A stretch of 64,000 bases of DNA from positions 81,543,366 through 81,607,365 of the forward strand of contig NC_057711.1 in assembly GCF_004010195.1 (NCBI RefSeq), in the 5' to 3' direction. The stretch is from Chiloscyllium plagiosum (lineage: Eukaryota). This document shows positions 50,401-62,334 of this stretch, one piece after another. Made by a program: the position numbers and the translations under genes. The notes under the pieces were generated by a model. It saw nothing but the letters and a program-made list of their open reading frames with translations. It searched no databases and had not been told where the DNA came from. The first letter of the stretch is position 1, and the number at the start of each line of letters is the position of its first letter.

Positions 50401-50894
50401 GACAAAAGGAATCTGGGCGGCCAACATCAAAGACTCATCAGACATCCTGTGTACTAATTCTGTCTGCCAACACCTCCTATCAAAAATGAATCAAAAGCCT
50501 CAAATCAAAGAATTAGAAAATGTTCTTTTATTCGTTAAATGTGGACTCCACAGACCAACACTTGTTTCCCAAATCTAATTACCTCGAGACAGTGAAGACT
50601 CAGTCTGGCCTGGTAAGGATGACAGTTTCCTTCCTAAAGGACATTAACAAACCAGGTGTGTTTTTCTGAAAATCAACAATGTATTTGTGGTCACTAATAG
50701 ACTATTAATTCCAGATTTTTATTGCATTCAAATTCCACCATCTGCCATGGCAGGGTTCGAAGCCGGGTCCCCAGAACATTACCTGATCTCTGGATTAACA
50801 GTTCAATGATAATGCCACGAGGCCGTCACTCATTCTTATAATTGTAAAATCATATGATCCCGACAGTGTAGAAGTAGACCCTCCGAAGACCATC

Positions 50895-52050
50895 CATAAG
50901 ACCACAAGACCATGGGAGTAGACATTAGGTATTCAGGCCATCTAGTCTGCTCTGCCATTCAATCATGGCCAGTAGTTTTACAACCCTATTTTCCCACTTT
51001 CTTCCCATAACCTTTGATCCCCTTGGCAATCAAGAACTTATCTCTTTTTTAAATATACTCAGTGACCTGGCCTCCACAGCCCACGGTGACAATGAATTCC
51101 ACAGATTCAACACTGTCTGGTTAAAGGAGTTTCTCCTTGTCTCCGTTCTAACGTGTCTTCCCTTTATTCTAAGGCTGTGCCCTCAGGTCCTCTTCTCTCC
51201 TGCCAATAGAAACATCTTCCCAATGTCCACACTGTCCAGGCCATTCCGTATTCTGTAAGTTTCAATCAGATCCCCACTCACCCTTCCAAACTCGATTGAG
51301 TATAGTTAAGCATTTTAATCTTGGGATCATTCTCGTGACCCTCTAGACCCGCTCCAGGACCAATACATCCTTCCTGTGGTAGGGGACCCAAAATTGCTCA
51401 CAATTCTCTAAATGTGGTCTGACCCGAGTCTTATAAAGCCTCAGAAGTACATCCCTGCTTTTATATTCTAGTTCTCTCGAGATGAAAGACGACATTGTAT
51501 TTGCCTTCCCAATTACTGACTCATTCTGCAAGTTTAAGAGAGTCCTGGATCAGGACTCTCAAGTTCCTTTGCACTCTAGATTTCTAAATGTTCTCCCTGA
51601 TTAGAAAATAGTCCATGCCTCTCTTCTTCTGACCAAAGTGCATGACCTCACACTTTCCCACATTATATTTCATCTGCCACTTCTTAGCTCACTCTCCTGA
51701 CCTGTCTAAATCTTTCTGCAGCCTCACTGCCTCCTCAATACTACTTGCCCCTCCACCTATCTTTGTATCATCTGCAAACTTAGCCCTCAGTTCCTTCATC
51801 CAGATCATTATAAAGTGAAAAGTTGTGATCCCAACACTGCCCCTTGTGGAACACCACTCATCACTGGCTCTTTTATCCTCAGTCTCTGCCTTCTGGCAGA
51901 CAGTCTTCTATCCATGCTAGTACCTTGCTTCTAACACCATTGGCCCTTATTTTACTCAGCAGCCTCCTGTGCAGCTTATTATCAAAGGCATACTGAAAGT
52001 CCAGATGAATAACATACATTGACTCTCCTCGGTCTAACCTGCTTGGTATC
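50895..52050 (-). mobile_element. CR1 RT/3' fragment
   Basis: YKSRDVLLRLYKTRVRPHLENCEQFW; FADDTK region near 51760. Confidence 0.9.
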
Positions 52051-53269
52051 TCCCACCCAGACCCACCTTCTTATCTTATCCCTGCAACCTTGCATTTCCC
52101 ATGGCTAATCTACCTAGCCTGCATTTCTCATGGTTAATTCACCTAGTTGAACATGATCAGTGAGCACAAACTAGATCACTGCATTGACCTCAGCACACAA
52201 ATCAGATTTCAATGACAAGAGCCCTTTGAATGAGCATTCACATGAATAGAACCTCAGTCACAGTACTGACTATTCACACAAGCTAAAGAGAATATGGCAG
52301 ATTTTCAAAGCTATGAAATGAGACTTAAGTGATATAAAAAAGAGAAAAATCAAAAATACTGGAAATCTCAGAAGCTCAACCAGAAAAAATAATTTTCATG
52401 TCATATTTTGCAGCTTGTCTCAATTTACATATTAAAAATATATCTTTGTGTTGCTACTGCAGAATCTAGTTACATTGTTGAATTGGATTGAACTAAACTT
52501 AATCATGTCCTTCACATACAAAAAACTTGCATCACTATAATAAAAATTATTGCATTCAGGAAGTATTTTTAAGTCATAGCATTTAAAACAAAGTGAAAAT
52601 GATAAGATTGTCACAGCACTTTGCATTGCTGACTCCATATAAATGTTTATTTGTCTCCATCGCACTATAGACTTCATATCTACTCCAGACAAGTTTACAA
52701 TGTGATAACAACAAAGGCATTAATTTGTTGTAATCGTAAAAGAAATCCAGAATTCAATAGAACTGAAATGTAATTTGGGTTGTACAATCAGCATAAATAA
52801 CTACCCTAATCATCAGCATTCCAACAATGTGCAGTGGAATTTTCCCAGCATCTGACCAAGATGGGCAGAAGATGTTTGGGAGAATGTGGTCAGAATGAAA
52901 AAAATGAGATTCTCAATGTGAGAAAAAATGTCTGATTTTCACCTCAAGGTGTCAATAGTTGGATGACAATCTCACTAGTAAGTATCAAGGATCTTAATTC
53001 AATGCATTTGCATGTCATTTTTCATCATCTTGCCTCATCTCTGTACAATTCACTATTTTCACAGGCAATAGTGAGAAATACGGTGGCACCAAACCTGAAT
53101 TAAAATTCAGTTGCCTGGTGGATGCAGTCTCCGAATTCGCTTCCATTGGCCAGCATCTCATGGCAGGCCCAAGGGCAGCCACCACCTCCATCCTTGTCAC
53201 AGATTGTGCTGGAGTATAATTTGGGTTCTGCTAATGGCCCACAGCACCTCATGTGTACCCAGTCTTGAG

Positions 53270-54080
53270 CTGCTAACTCTGTAACTGTAAAGTACTCATT
53301 CTGCCTCCGATTACCTTGGAAGGCTAAGGTATCTCAAAGATATAAGCAACATGAGTTCTATTTACCAGTAACAGAATGCTGCAAACAAACCAAACCAGTT
53401 GCCTGTCCATCACATAAATGGTAGATAAATTTCAATGCCGATGTGATTCTCGACATGTAGGCCACATATCTCAAGGAATGGCCAATCATATCAGCATGCT
53501 CCTTTGGTTATTTGCAACAGGCAATGTGCCCACCAGTCCTAATCAACTTTTCCTACAGAATTCTAACTATAGTGTCCAACATTAGATTTGATCCCATGAT
53601 TGGACAATACTTTCTGCATAATCCTGATTATATTGAGAATATACTGACAAAGAATTTAAGATTGTCAATTAGGTTTGTAGTGTGGCATTATTTGTGCATA
53701 CAGGTAACTACATATATTAATACACAAGGCTCGATTCTTAGAAACAGAAAGAACATGTACACACACTGCGGTTGTTTCAACTAAACAAAGTAGGTGACAC
53801 TCATCTTTTGATGCATTCTTCACAATAATGCCTTAGCCAATCAATGTCAACCTGCCTTGTTTAAAATTAAACAAAGCTTGACAGTTAATAGTCAGTCATC
53901 AGCCAACTGGAGTATTCTCTATTACTCTAGCAATCAGAATACACTGGCCAACTCTTCAGCATGCTCTGCTCACACAGTATAAAGGTGTTGTTCCTCTTTA
54001 GATTAATACTTTTGTAAACTGTCCTAAGAAAGCAAGATGAAAAGTTTCAACAAAATGTATCTTTTTTTCAACAAGACCCA
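53270..54080 (+). mobile_element. Decayed Penelope-like GIY-YIG endonuclease and terminal region
   Basis: Remnant KFQCRCDSRHVGHISQ...IGQYFLHNPD resembles a GIY-YIG domain. Confidence 0.65.
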
Positions 54081-55029
54081 AGTTCCGTATGACCAAACAA
54101 TTATTTATGATCATATTACTAGATGTTACAATCAGTTGCACACAGACTATTTTGGAGCTGCTTTAAACAGAAATGTATCCTTCTTTTAATAAATATATGA
54201 AGACAATTCAAATACTCCCAGAAAAAAAATGACCCATTCATTAAAAATGGTGTGCCTTCTATCACCTACAGTTGAGCTCAAATCTCAGCAGAAAGTGTAC
54301 TATAAGAGCTTCTCTCACTATAATAAAGGTTGACTCACCATCAATCATTTGGTATATAAAACTAAAACTACATTTTTGACATTTTTAAAAAAACTTAATA
54401 TAGTACAATAGCTAGCTGTATAGAAAGTAGTAAAGGGTATTTCATTTCCTTTAGGGTAATATTGAATTTGATCATTCAGTGAATGGGAGTTAAATGATGA
54501 CATTTAAACTGAATAAAAAATATTAAATGGATAGCAACATCCTGGCTATTAATTGAAATTTTCATGTCAGACTACAACAGATGTTTCACTAGATAAATCT
54601 TATAGAGCAAACAAAAGTAAAATGAGATTAAGGTACATATCTACAAAGCTATTATTGAGAAAAATGGCTGAGTGGCCTCCTTCTGTTCCTATATTTATAA
54701 AACACACTAAAGAGAGCTAATATTAACAATCAGACATGGATTGCCTAAATTTCTCTTTGCAGTAATTCTTAATACATACATGAAAGCTAAATGATTTCTA
54801 TGTGTACAGCATTTGACTATTTGCTATCATATTTCAGAGACATCTACATTTAACCAATTAAACATTACGATGGAAAAAAACCAGTAATCCATGAATGCAT
54901 CAATTCCTGTCATATTGCACCTCCCACCATCTGCTTCTGACATCAAATATGCAGCTGTATTTTCGCAGCCCATTAATTGACTACAATAACTCATGGGAGT
55001 AGTAATTTGTGGTGAATTCTATTACTTAT

Positions 55030-55266
55030 CTTTGTGGTAAGCAGGGAAAAAGCTTTATCACTTTTATCAAGGGCAAAAACTTGAATGGACCATTCTTTCT
55101 GGAATATCCTTGGTTGACATAAGCCAAAAAGTATTATTGCAATAAGTGAAAAATATAAAACTCAAAAGCCCATATGTGGCTGCCAAAATAATGATGAGTT
55201 TAATGGCACTTTCTGTTATTAACATAGGAATCCTTCAGAAAAAAAAATGGCATAAATTGCATATCA
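55030..55266 (-). pseudogene. Candidate first coding exon with signal anchor MLITESAIKLIIILAATYGLLSFIFFTY
   Basis: ATG at 55225, followed by a short polar N-terminus and about 20 hydrophobic residues; ends AAG|ataagt, a consensus donor with GT changed to AT. Confidence 0.5.
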
Positions 55267-55399
55267 CTGGAAGTTGCAAAGAATTTCTACTGCTCAACTG
55301 TAAACCTTACCCTCAAACTCAGAAGTTCCAAGACATTGCTGTACTTGCACATTAATTGTCCATTAAATTCAATTTAAATTAGTTTCAATTGAACAAATT

Positions 55400-56712
55400 C
55401 TTTGTTTAAGAAAGGATGTAAGGTAATGCTCAGGAACTATAGACCTGAGAGTCTGACTTCAGTGGTGGGTAGGTTTTTGGAAGTGATTCTGAAAGATAGG
55501 TTATATGTGCAATTGGAGAGGTAAGGAATGATTAGGGATAGTCATCATGGTTTTTTGCAAAGGAAATCATGTCTCACAAACTTAATTGACTTTCTTGAAA
55601 AAGCAACCAAGAAGACTGAGGAGGGCAGAGTGGTAGACATTGTTTCTATGGACTTGAGTGAAGCCTTCTAATGGTAGACGAATTAACAAAATTAGATCAC
55701 ATGGGATTCAGGGTGAGCTTGCCAATTGATAGAGGGTTGTTTTTTCAGACTGGAGACCTGTGACCAGCGATGTTCCACAGGGATCAGTGCTGTGTCCACT
55801 TTTGTTTATCATTTATATAAATGGTTTAGATGAGAATATAGAAGGCATGGTTAGTAAGTTTGTGGATGACACAAAATTGGTGGTATAGTGGACGGTGAAG
55901 AAGTTTATCTAAGATTACAAAGAGATCTTGACTAATTGAGTCAATGGGCTGAAGAGTAGAAAGAGAGTTTAATTTGGATGTGAGGTATTGCATTTTGATA
56001 AAACAAACAAAGGCAAAACTTATACAATTAAAAGTAAGGCCTTGGCTAATGTTGTACCTAGGAGTCCAGGTACATAATTCTTTGAAGTTTGCATCACATA
56101 TAGATAGAGTGGTTAAGAATGCATTTAGCACGCTCATTGCTCAAACCTTTAAGTATTGGAGTTGGGACATTATTTTGAGGTAGTACAAGATGGTGGTGAG
56201 GCCTCTTCTGGACTACTGCGTCCAATTCTGGTCTCCCTGTTATAGGAAGGATATTATTAAGCAGCAGAGGGTTCAGATGAGATTTACCAGAATGTTGTTG
56301 GCAATGGAGGGTTTGAGTGATAAAAAGGCTAGATAGACTGGGATGTTTTATCACTGGAGCATAGGAGGTTGAAGGGGGACCTTCTCGAGATTTATAAAAT
56401 CATAGATAACGGCAGTTGTCTTTTCCCTAGGGTGGGGCATTTCAAGACTAAGGGGCATTTTTTAAGGTGAAGGAGAAAGATTTTAAAAAGTCATGAGGGG
56501 CAATTTTTTTTACACTGTGTAATTCACGTGTGGAATGAACTGCCAGAGGAAGTGGTAAATGCAGAAAGACAATTAGATAAGTAAATGAATTAGAACTGTT
56601 TGGAGGGATATGGGCCAAGCCCAGGCAGGTGGGATTAGTTTAGTTTGGGATTATGTTTGGCACGGACTGGTTGGACCAGAGGGTCTGTTATGGTTTATAA
56701 CTCTAAGGCTCT
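55400..56712 (+). mobile_element. CR1 RT/3' fragment
   Basis: Decayed NYRPxSLTSVVG, HGFxxx[22 protein letters not shown] and a tail. Confidence 0.92.
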
Positions 56713-56747
56713 AATTAAACACATTGCAGAAAGTTAGGGCTGGTAAA

Positions 56748-56925
56748 TTGGCCCAGTGATTAGCATTGCTGCTTCACAACACCAGGGACCAGATTTGATT
56801 TCTGCCTCTGGTGGCTGACTGTGTGGAGTTTGCATATTCTCCCTGTGTCTGTGTGGGTTTCCTCCAGGTGCTGTGGTTTCCTCCCACAGTCCAAAGATGT
56901 GCAGGTTAGGTGGATCAGCCGTGGG
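56748..56925 (+). mobile_element. HE1-type V-SINE, partial
   Basis: Head and V-domain present. Confidence 0.85.
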
Positions 56926-57099
56926 AAATGGATTTAAGCTGGGAAAACAAATCTTAGCATGTACAAGTAGCATGACTTAAATGGGTTAGCTAAGTACTTG
57001 CATAATAAGAGACCTGAGAATTAGTAGGGTGAATCATCTTTTTTTGGCTAAGTCAAAATGGAGTTGGGTTCTATGGAGATTCTTTTCATCATAAAGCCA

Positions 57100-57700
57100 A
57101 TCACTTAATTTCACCGTGCCATACCAAATGGCTCATTAGCTACCTTACTCCTGTGGCATCTCTCACATCCAATTCTGAATTCATCTTACCATGTGCCATT
57201 CCCAGAACAACTCACCACTCAATGGATATCACAAAATTCACCAACATTCCTTGGACCTGCGCCATCTTTAAAAGCCCGTTGTGCACTCAAACATTGACAG
57301 TCCAGAGCTGCCTGCATCGTTCCTGACATTTTCCCTGAACGTGGCAGACAGAGGAAGTAAACGTTACTACCTTCTCACTCTCACTCTATCTCTGCTATGG
57401 TACCCACCTCCCACTAAGGCTCATGCTCTAACATTCTCATTATTGCCCACTGCATCATCCGTCACTTTCTCTCACCCATCCCAAACCCTAACAGCATTAA
57501 CACTGCATGTCTTCAGTGCTGTCCACTCATTCACTTGAAGTAACAACTGCGCCAACTCACTTTTTCTCCCTTAATATTTGTCTCACTCTTATTCCTGAAG
57601 GAGAATAGCCACCAGTAGCTTAGAAAGGCTCAAAATGGGTGATGGGCTGCCTGACTCTCTGATGTTCAGCTCCTTACTTCTTATGTGGAGATCATTCTGT
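57100..57700 (+). mobile_element. Harbinger-type remnant related to 3300-4200
   Basis: Shared cctgtggcatc...catcttaccatgtg..attcccagaaca block and decayed GG-motif exon. Confidence 0.45.
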
Positions 57701-58533
57701 CTCTGAACAGCCTGAGTAATTAAAATTGGGGAATGCCCTTGATTTACTGTGTTGGGACTCCCTCAGCAAGGCTATCCTCCTTGACTGGATTGACTGACCC
57801 CACAACATCTGTGACAAACTTCCTTCCTTAAGTGTCTGCGCTCAACAACAAAGGATGTCAGAAGTATAGCGTGTTTGAGGAGTAAAGTGCAAAAAGGCAA
57901 GGCAATGCAGGAATGCTGTGAGCATTCAGGTAGGGTCAGGGCAAATGACTGCTATGATGGGAAGGTGAAGAATCTGGGGATGTAACCTAGTCTAGTTCAT
58001 GAGCCGTGTATGTGTCCCAGAACGCACAGTGTCTGCAGTATTGCAATGATAGCTACATGTGCAGCTCAACATGCAGCACTGAAGTGTAGAAGCATCCTAC
58101 AAGTGAATTGGAGATATGCCATGAGGTTTCTTAGAGGTTAGAACACGTTGAATGCCACAATCAATGGCCACATGGCCTGAGACGTTGGTGCTTGTCATCC
58201 AACATGGAGGTCATTGGAGTAAGTGGCGAGCTGATTTCTTCAGGTATCTGCTCTAATTTCCATGTTGAGCACTCTCACGTTGAGTCATTAACAAGATGTT
58301 TAACAAGCAATAATCTCTGAATTGGCAACACACCGCTGCCTAGAATCTCACCATGCTGTTTGTGAAAAGTGTAAAAAACAGCATGAGTTGATCCCGATGT
58401 TGGGATGGGCCTCACTACACTTCCTGTCTGATTCTGCCCCTTATCTCAATGTAGCCCAAATCACTCAGACCCCTTTTACATTCTTCCTAGTATCACAATT
58501 CAAAGAGCAATTACGTGTTTCTGCTTCTATTAT

Positions 58534-58629
58534 GATTGTGTCAGCGTTACAGATTAATATCTAGATTGTGTCAGCGTTACAGATTAATATTGAGATTGTG
58601 TCAGCGTTACAGATTAATATTGAGATTGT
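58534..58629. repeat. 30-bp tandem repeat, about 3.2 copies
   Basis: GATTGTGTCAGCGTTACAGATTAATAT(CTA/TGA) repeated head to tail. Confidence 0.97.
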
Positions 58630-60039
58630 ATGAACAGAATCACAATGGACCAATTGGCCTGCTTCAGTCTTATGGATTTTTAAATTTTTCTCTCAGTGGG
58701 TTTTGTGACTTCAAAACTCTGCCTCAGATAGCAATGGAGGGCAGGTCACTGAATATTTTAAATGTAGAGGTGGATAGAAAATTGTTAAGACAGAGGAATT
58801 AAAGATTATCAGAGGCAGATGAGCATGTTAAATTAGAGACATAAACATATCTGATCTTAATGGGGCTGAATAATTTACTTCTGCTCCTATTCCATAAATT
58901 TCTATATGCATTGGACGAGCGATCAGCTAATGTTCCTGATCTTCAATCAAAAAGTAGTTAGACTATCTCCTATTGAAGGCAAATTGCACAAAGAAATACA
59001 CTATTGACTGTCTGATCACTGTTATGACCCTAGCCCACGACCTCAAGGATAAAATTAAAACAGATTTCAGCGTGTACTTCTGTAGTTGGAAAGGCTGTCA
59101 AAATTCATGGTGTTTAAACTATTGTTGCAACCCTATAGTTGCAGCTCATGTATTTCTCAAGCTTCATTTAGAATTAAAATACCCAACAGAACAGGAACTG
59201 CATGAACCATGAAAATGGATTACAGAACTTCAAGGAAGTCAGGCACTTTTTTCAAAATCAACGTAGTCAGGTAGAAATTGAAACTGAGTCTCCAAGCTCA
59301 AAGGCAAAGACATTACCTCTGCACTACAAGAGTCCCCTTAAGGAAGTAGGGCATGTTGATCATCCCAACATGCTCCCACCCGCCCACAATGCCTTCCCAT
59401 GCAAATGTATAAGATACAACAGCTTGCTCTCTAACCTTCTACACTCTCACAGTCCACTGCCCCAAACACTCCCTTCAGTGAAACCATGATTTTCTTGTGC
59501 TTATTTCAATTGCACAGCACAGGTCATCGTGCCATAATGAGTATTTCATTAATGTGAATTTGCTATAACATGATTGACGAATTGTTTCTAAAGCACAAAG
59601 TTTTAAAGTGTGTACTGGTTATAATATGATGCTGGCCCCTTTAAGTTTAAATGGTGTTGCTACTACATGAATTTCTTATAACACGGCATTGCATGAGACC
59701 GGAACTACCATGTTACAGCAGAAATTATCATATTCACTGCTCATGATATAATCACTTCTGCACTGGGGAGAGCAAATAAAGTTGGAATGATTGCTTTATG
59801 GAACACCTCCATTGCATTTGTAAGTGCACTCCTAAATTTGCCTGTGTCATTTTAATTCTCTATTCTTCTCCTGCTCTGTCTTCAATCTCCCCAATTGTTT
59901 TGTTGAAACTCAATGTAAGCATGAGGAATATCACTTCATTTTTTACTTAAAATCTTTACAGATCTCTGTACTCAACATTGTACTGAACAATTTCATATCA
60001 TATGCCTCCCAATTTTCTGGTTTAGGAACTTAGAAATAT

Positions 60040-60850
60040 TGAAAACAGGAGCTGGTGGAGACGATTTGGCTCTTCAAGCTTGCTCTTGTATTTGATAAGA
60101 TCATGACATTTAAAAATGTTTTATTACTCTTTCATGGAATGAGGGCATCCCTGGCCAACGTTTATTGCCCATCCCTTATTGTTAAGAGTCAACCAAATGG
60201 CTGTGAGTCCGGAGTCACATGTGGGTCAAACCAGGTATGGATGGCAGTTTACTTCCTTAAAGGGCATTAGTGAACCAGATGGGTTTGTCCAATAATAGAC
60301 AACGCATGCATGATGATTGTGAGATTCTTAATTCCAGATTTGTATTGAATTCAAATCCCATCATCTGCCATGGTCGGATTCAAAGCCAAGTCCCCAGACC
60401 TTTACCTGAATCTCTGGACTAACAGTCCAGTGATAAATCTACGAGGCTGTCGCCTCCTCTGATCCTCCAACTCAGTACTCTGTTCTCAGGTTCGCCCTGT
60501 ACCGTTTGATCCCTCTAACCTTTAGAACTATATTTAACTCCTTCTTGAAAATATTCAATGTTTTGGCCTCAACCACTTTCTGTGGAGGAAAACTCTATAG
60601 CCTCACCACTCCTGAGTGAAAAAAATTCCCCTCATCTCCGTCCTTAATGTCAAACCCTGTATCCTTAGACTGTGGCTCTCTAGTTCTGGATTCCTCAAAT
60701 ATTGGGATCATTCTTCCTGTATTTACCTTGTCTCGTCTTGTTAGAATTTTGTAGGTTTCTATAAGATGCCCACTCATACTTCTAAACTCGAGTCAATTTG
60801 GTCCTAATTGATCCAATCTCTCCTCCTGGTGAGTCCTGCCATCCCAGTTT
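60040..60850 (-). mobile_element. CR1 3' fragment with nested SINE (60119-60457)
   Basis: GHLIETYKIL...SRTR remnant; the tail is split by the SINE. Confidence 0.85.
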
Positions 60851-60890
60851 CTGATGATACTTTTTTTTTCCATTTGCATTTTATCTGGTG

Positions 60891-61313
60891 TCAGCTTTTG
60901 TTTCTTTTCTTGTCCAATTACCATCTCTATTTTTGTTTTACATCTTTCTGACCTTGTAGGAGAAAGTGAGGACTGCAGATGCTGGAGATTAGAGTCAAGA
61001 GTATGATTCTGGAAAAGCACAGCAGGTCAGGCAGCATCCGAGGAGCAGGAGAATCGACTTTTCGAGCATAACCCCTTCATCAGGGCTGCTGTGCTTTTCC
61101 AGAATCATACTCTTGACTCTGATCTCCAGCATCTGCAGACCTCACTTTCTCCTACAAGGTCAGAAAGATGTAAAACAAAAATAGAGATGGTAATTGGACA
61201 AGAAAAGAAACAGAAGCTGATGAAGGGCTTATGCTCGAAATGTCGATTCTCCTGCCCCTCGGATGCTGCCTGACCTGCTGTGCTTTTCCAGCACCACACT
61301 TTCTGACCTTGTA
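60891..61313. mobile_element. Complex Penelope-end insertion with 135-bp inverted arms that include copied flank
   Basis: 60891-61025 is inverted at 61086-61220; hammerhead-like cores on both strands; CTTTCTGACCTTGTA at 60944-60958 and 61299-61313. Confidence 0.9.
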
Positions 61314-61449
61314 TCCTACCACAGACTTTCTCTTTTATTCTTAATTTCTCTTCTATATCAACCTCAATTGTTGAAAACACATGACATTTCTAACCTTTCC
61401 AGGTCTGCTGAAATCATTGACATGAAATATTCGGTTGAATTTTAACCTT

Positions 61450-61655
61450 ACTGACATGCTCACAGTAGAGAACACAGGTAAAGATTGTCACAATCCCAGA
61501 ATATGAACCTGAGGGTCACCACACCTCAGGCAAGAGGCACGGTTCAGAAAGTGGGACTTCCATGGTGACTTCAGTCAGTACAGGAATTGAGCTCATGTTG
61601 TTAGCGTCACTTTGCACAGCAAACCAGCCATCCAGCCAACTGAACTAACTAAGCC
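61450..61655 (-). mobile_element. tRNA-derived SINE related to 34661-34880
   Basis: ccatccagccaactgaactaac head and gagggtcaccacacctcagg body are shared. Confidence 0.7.
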
Positions 61656-61661
61656 CCATTA

Positions 61662-62334
61662 TGGAAAATAAAGAACATGAAAGCATGGGAAGGGTTAAAG
61701 CATGAAGACCACTAGAATCTGTGTTCTGTGGAAGGCAGGATGGGATGACCATAGTGGAACATTCTTACACCAATTAATAGAGTAAGGTTAAGGCTGAAAG
61801 GTCACTATGGCGAGATGAGATAACACAAGTAATAAAGCAAGTTTCCCTGTTAAGTGTTATTATGACAGGATTGGGACAATAAATATTTGGGACATGATAT
61901 TAAAATATCTAATTAATAGTTAGTAGAGTCAGCTTGAGACAGGAGACTATTGTAACAGATGGAATAGCTAAATAAAAAATCATGACAGGTTAGTCTGGAA
62001 TGGAAAGATCACTGTAGAACAGTTAGTAATAAATATCTAACTGTGATATTAGAATAACATTAAGTAGAATGTACAACTAAAGAGATAATGGGAACTAACA
62101 TCACTGATTTATTGTATAACTAGAGTGAGGTACTTTGATTAATATAGTTGGACATGCTGATAAGCTGACAGAAACATGATTAAAAAAAATATAAAAATCC
62201 ACGGACCCTGAGGTTCATGGGCATTCGAGAATCTGCTTTCTCAGTGTCACAGTTTTTTTGTTTGCAAATAAAAGACCTACTCCTTGAAGAACTCTCTGTG
62301 TCTCCTGGTGATTCTCTATATTTTCTCCACAACA
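61662..62334 (+). mobile_element. Probable solo LTR (673 bp) with 6-bp TSD
   Basis: TG...CA termini; CCATTA at 61656-61661 and 62335-62340; TATAAAA at 62190; AATAAA at 62267. Confidence 0.65.

Larger units (their letters stand above)
6600..55266 (-). pseudogene. Candidate multi-exon unprocessed pseudogene of a type II membrane glycosyltransferase (GT61-like plus O-fucosyltransferase-like)
   Basis: About 14 co-oriented exon-like blocks in non-repeat DNA, with pyrimidine-AG acceptors and GT donors, low stop density, several phase-compatible joins and family-like motifs in the expected order. Disrupted by stops, frameshifts and a SINE. Family assignment is by eye only. Confidence 0.6.

Noticed and set aside
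58534..58629. 30-bp repeats as a CRISPR array
   Set aside because: The units are directly adjacent with no unique spacers, there are no cas genes, and the context is vertebrate.
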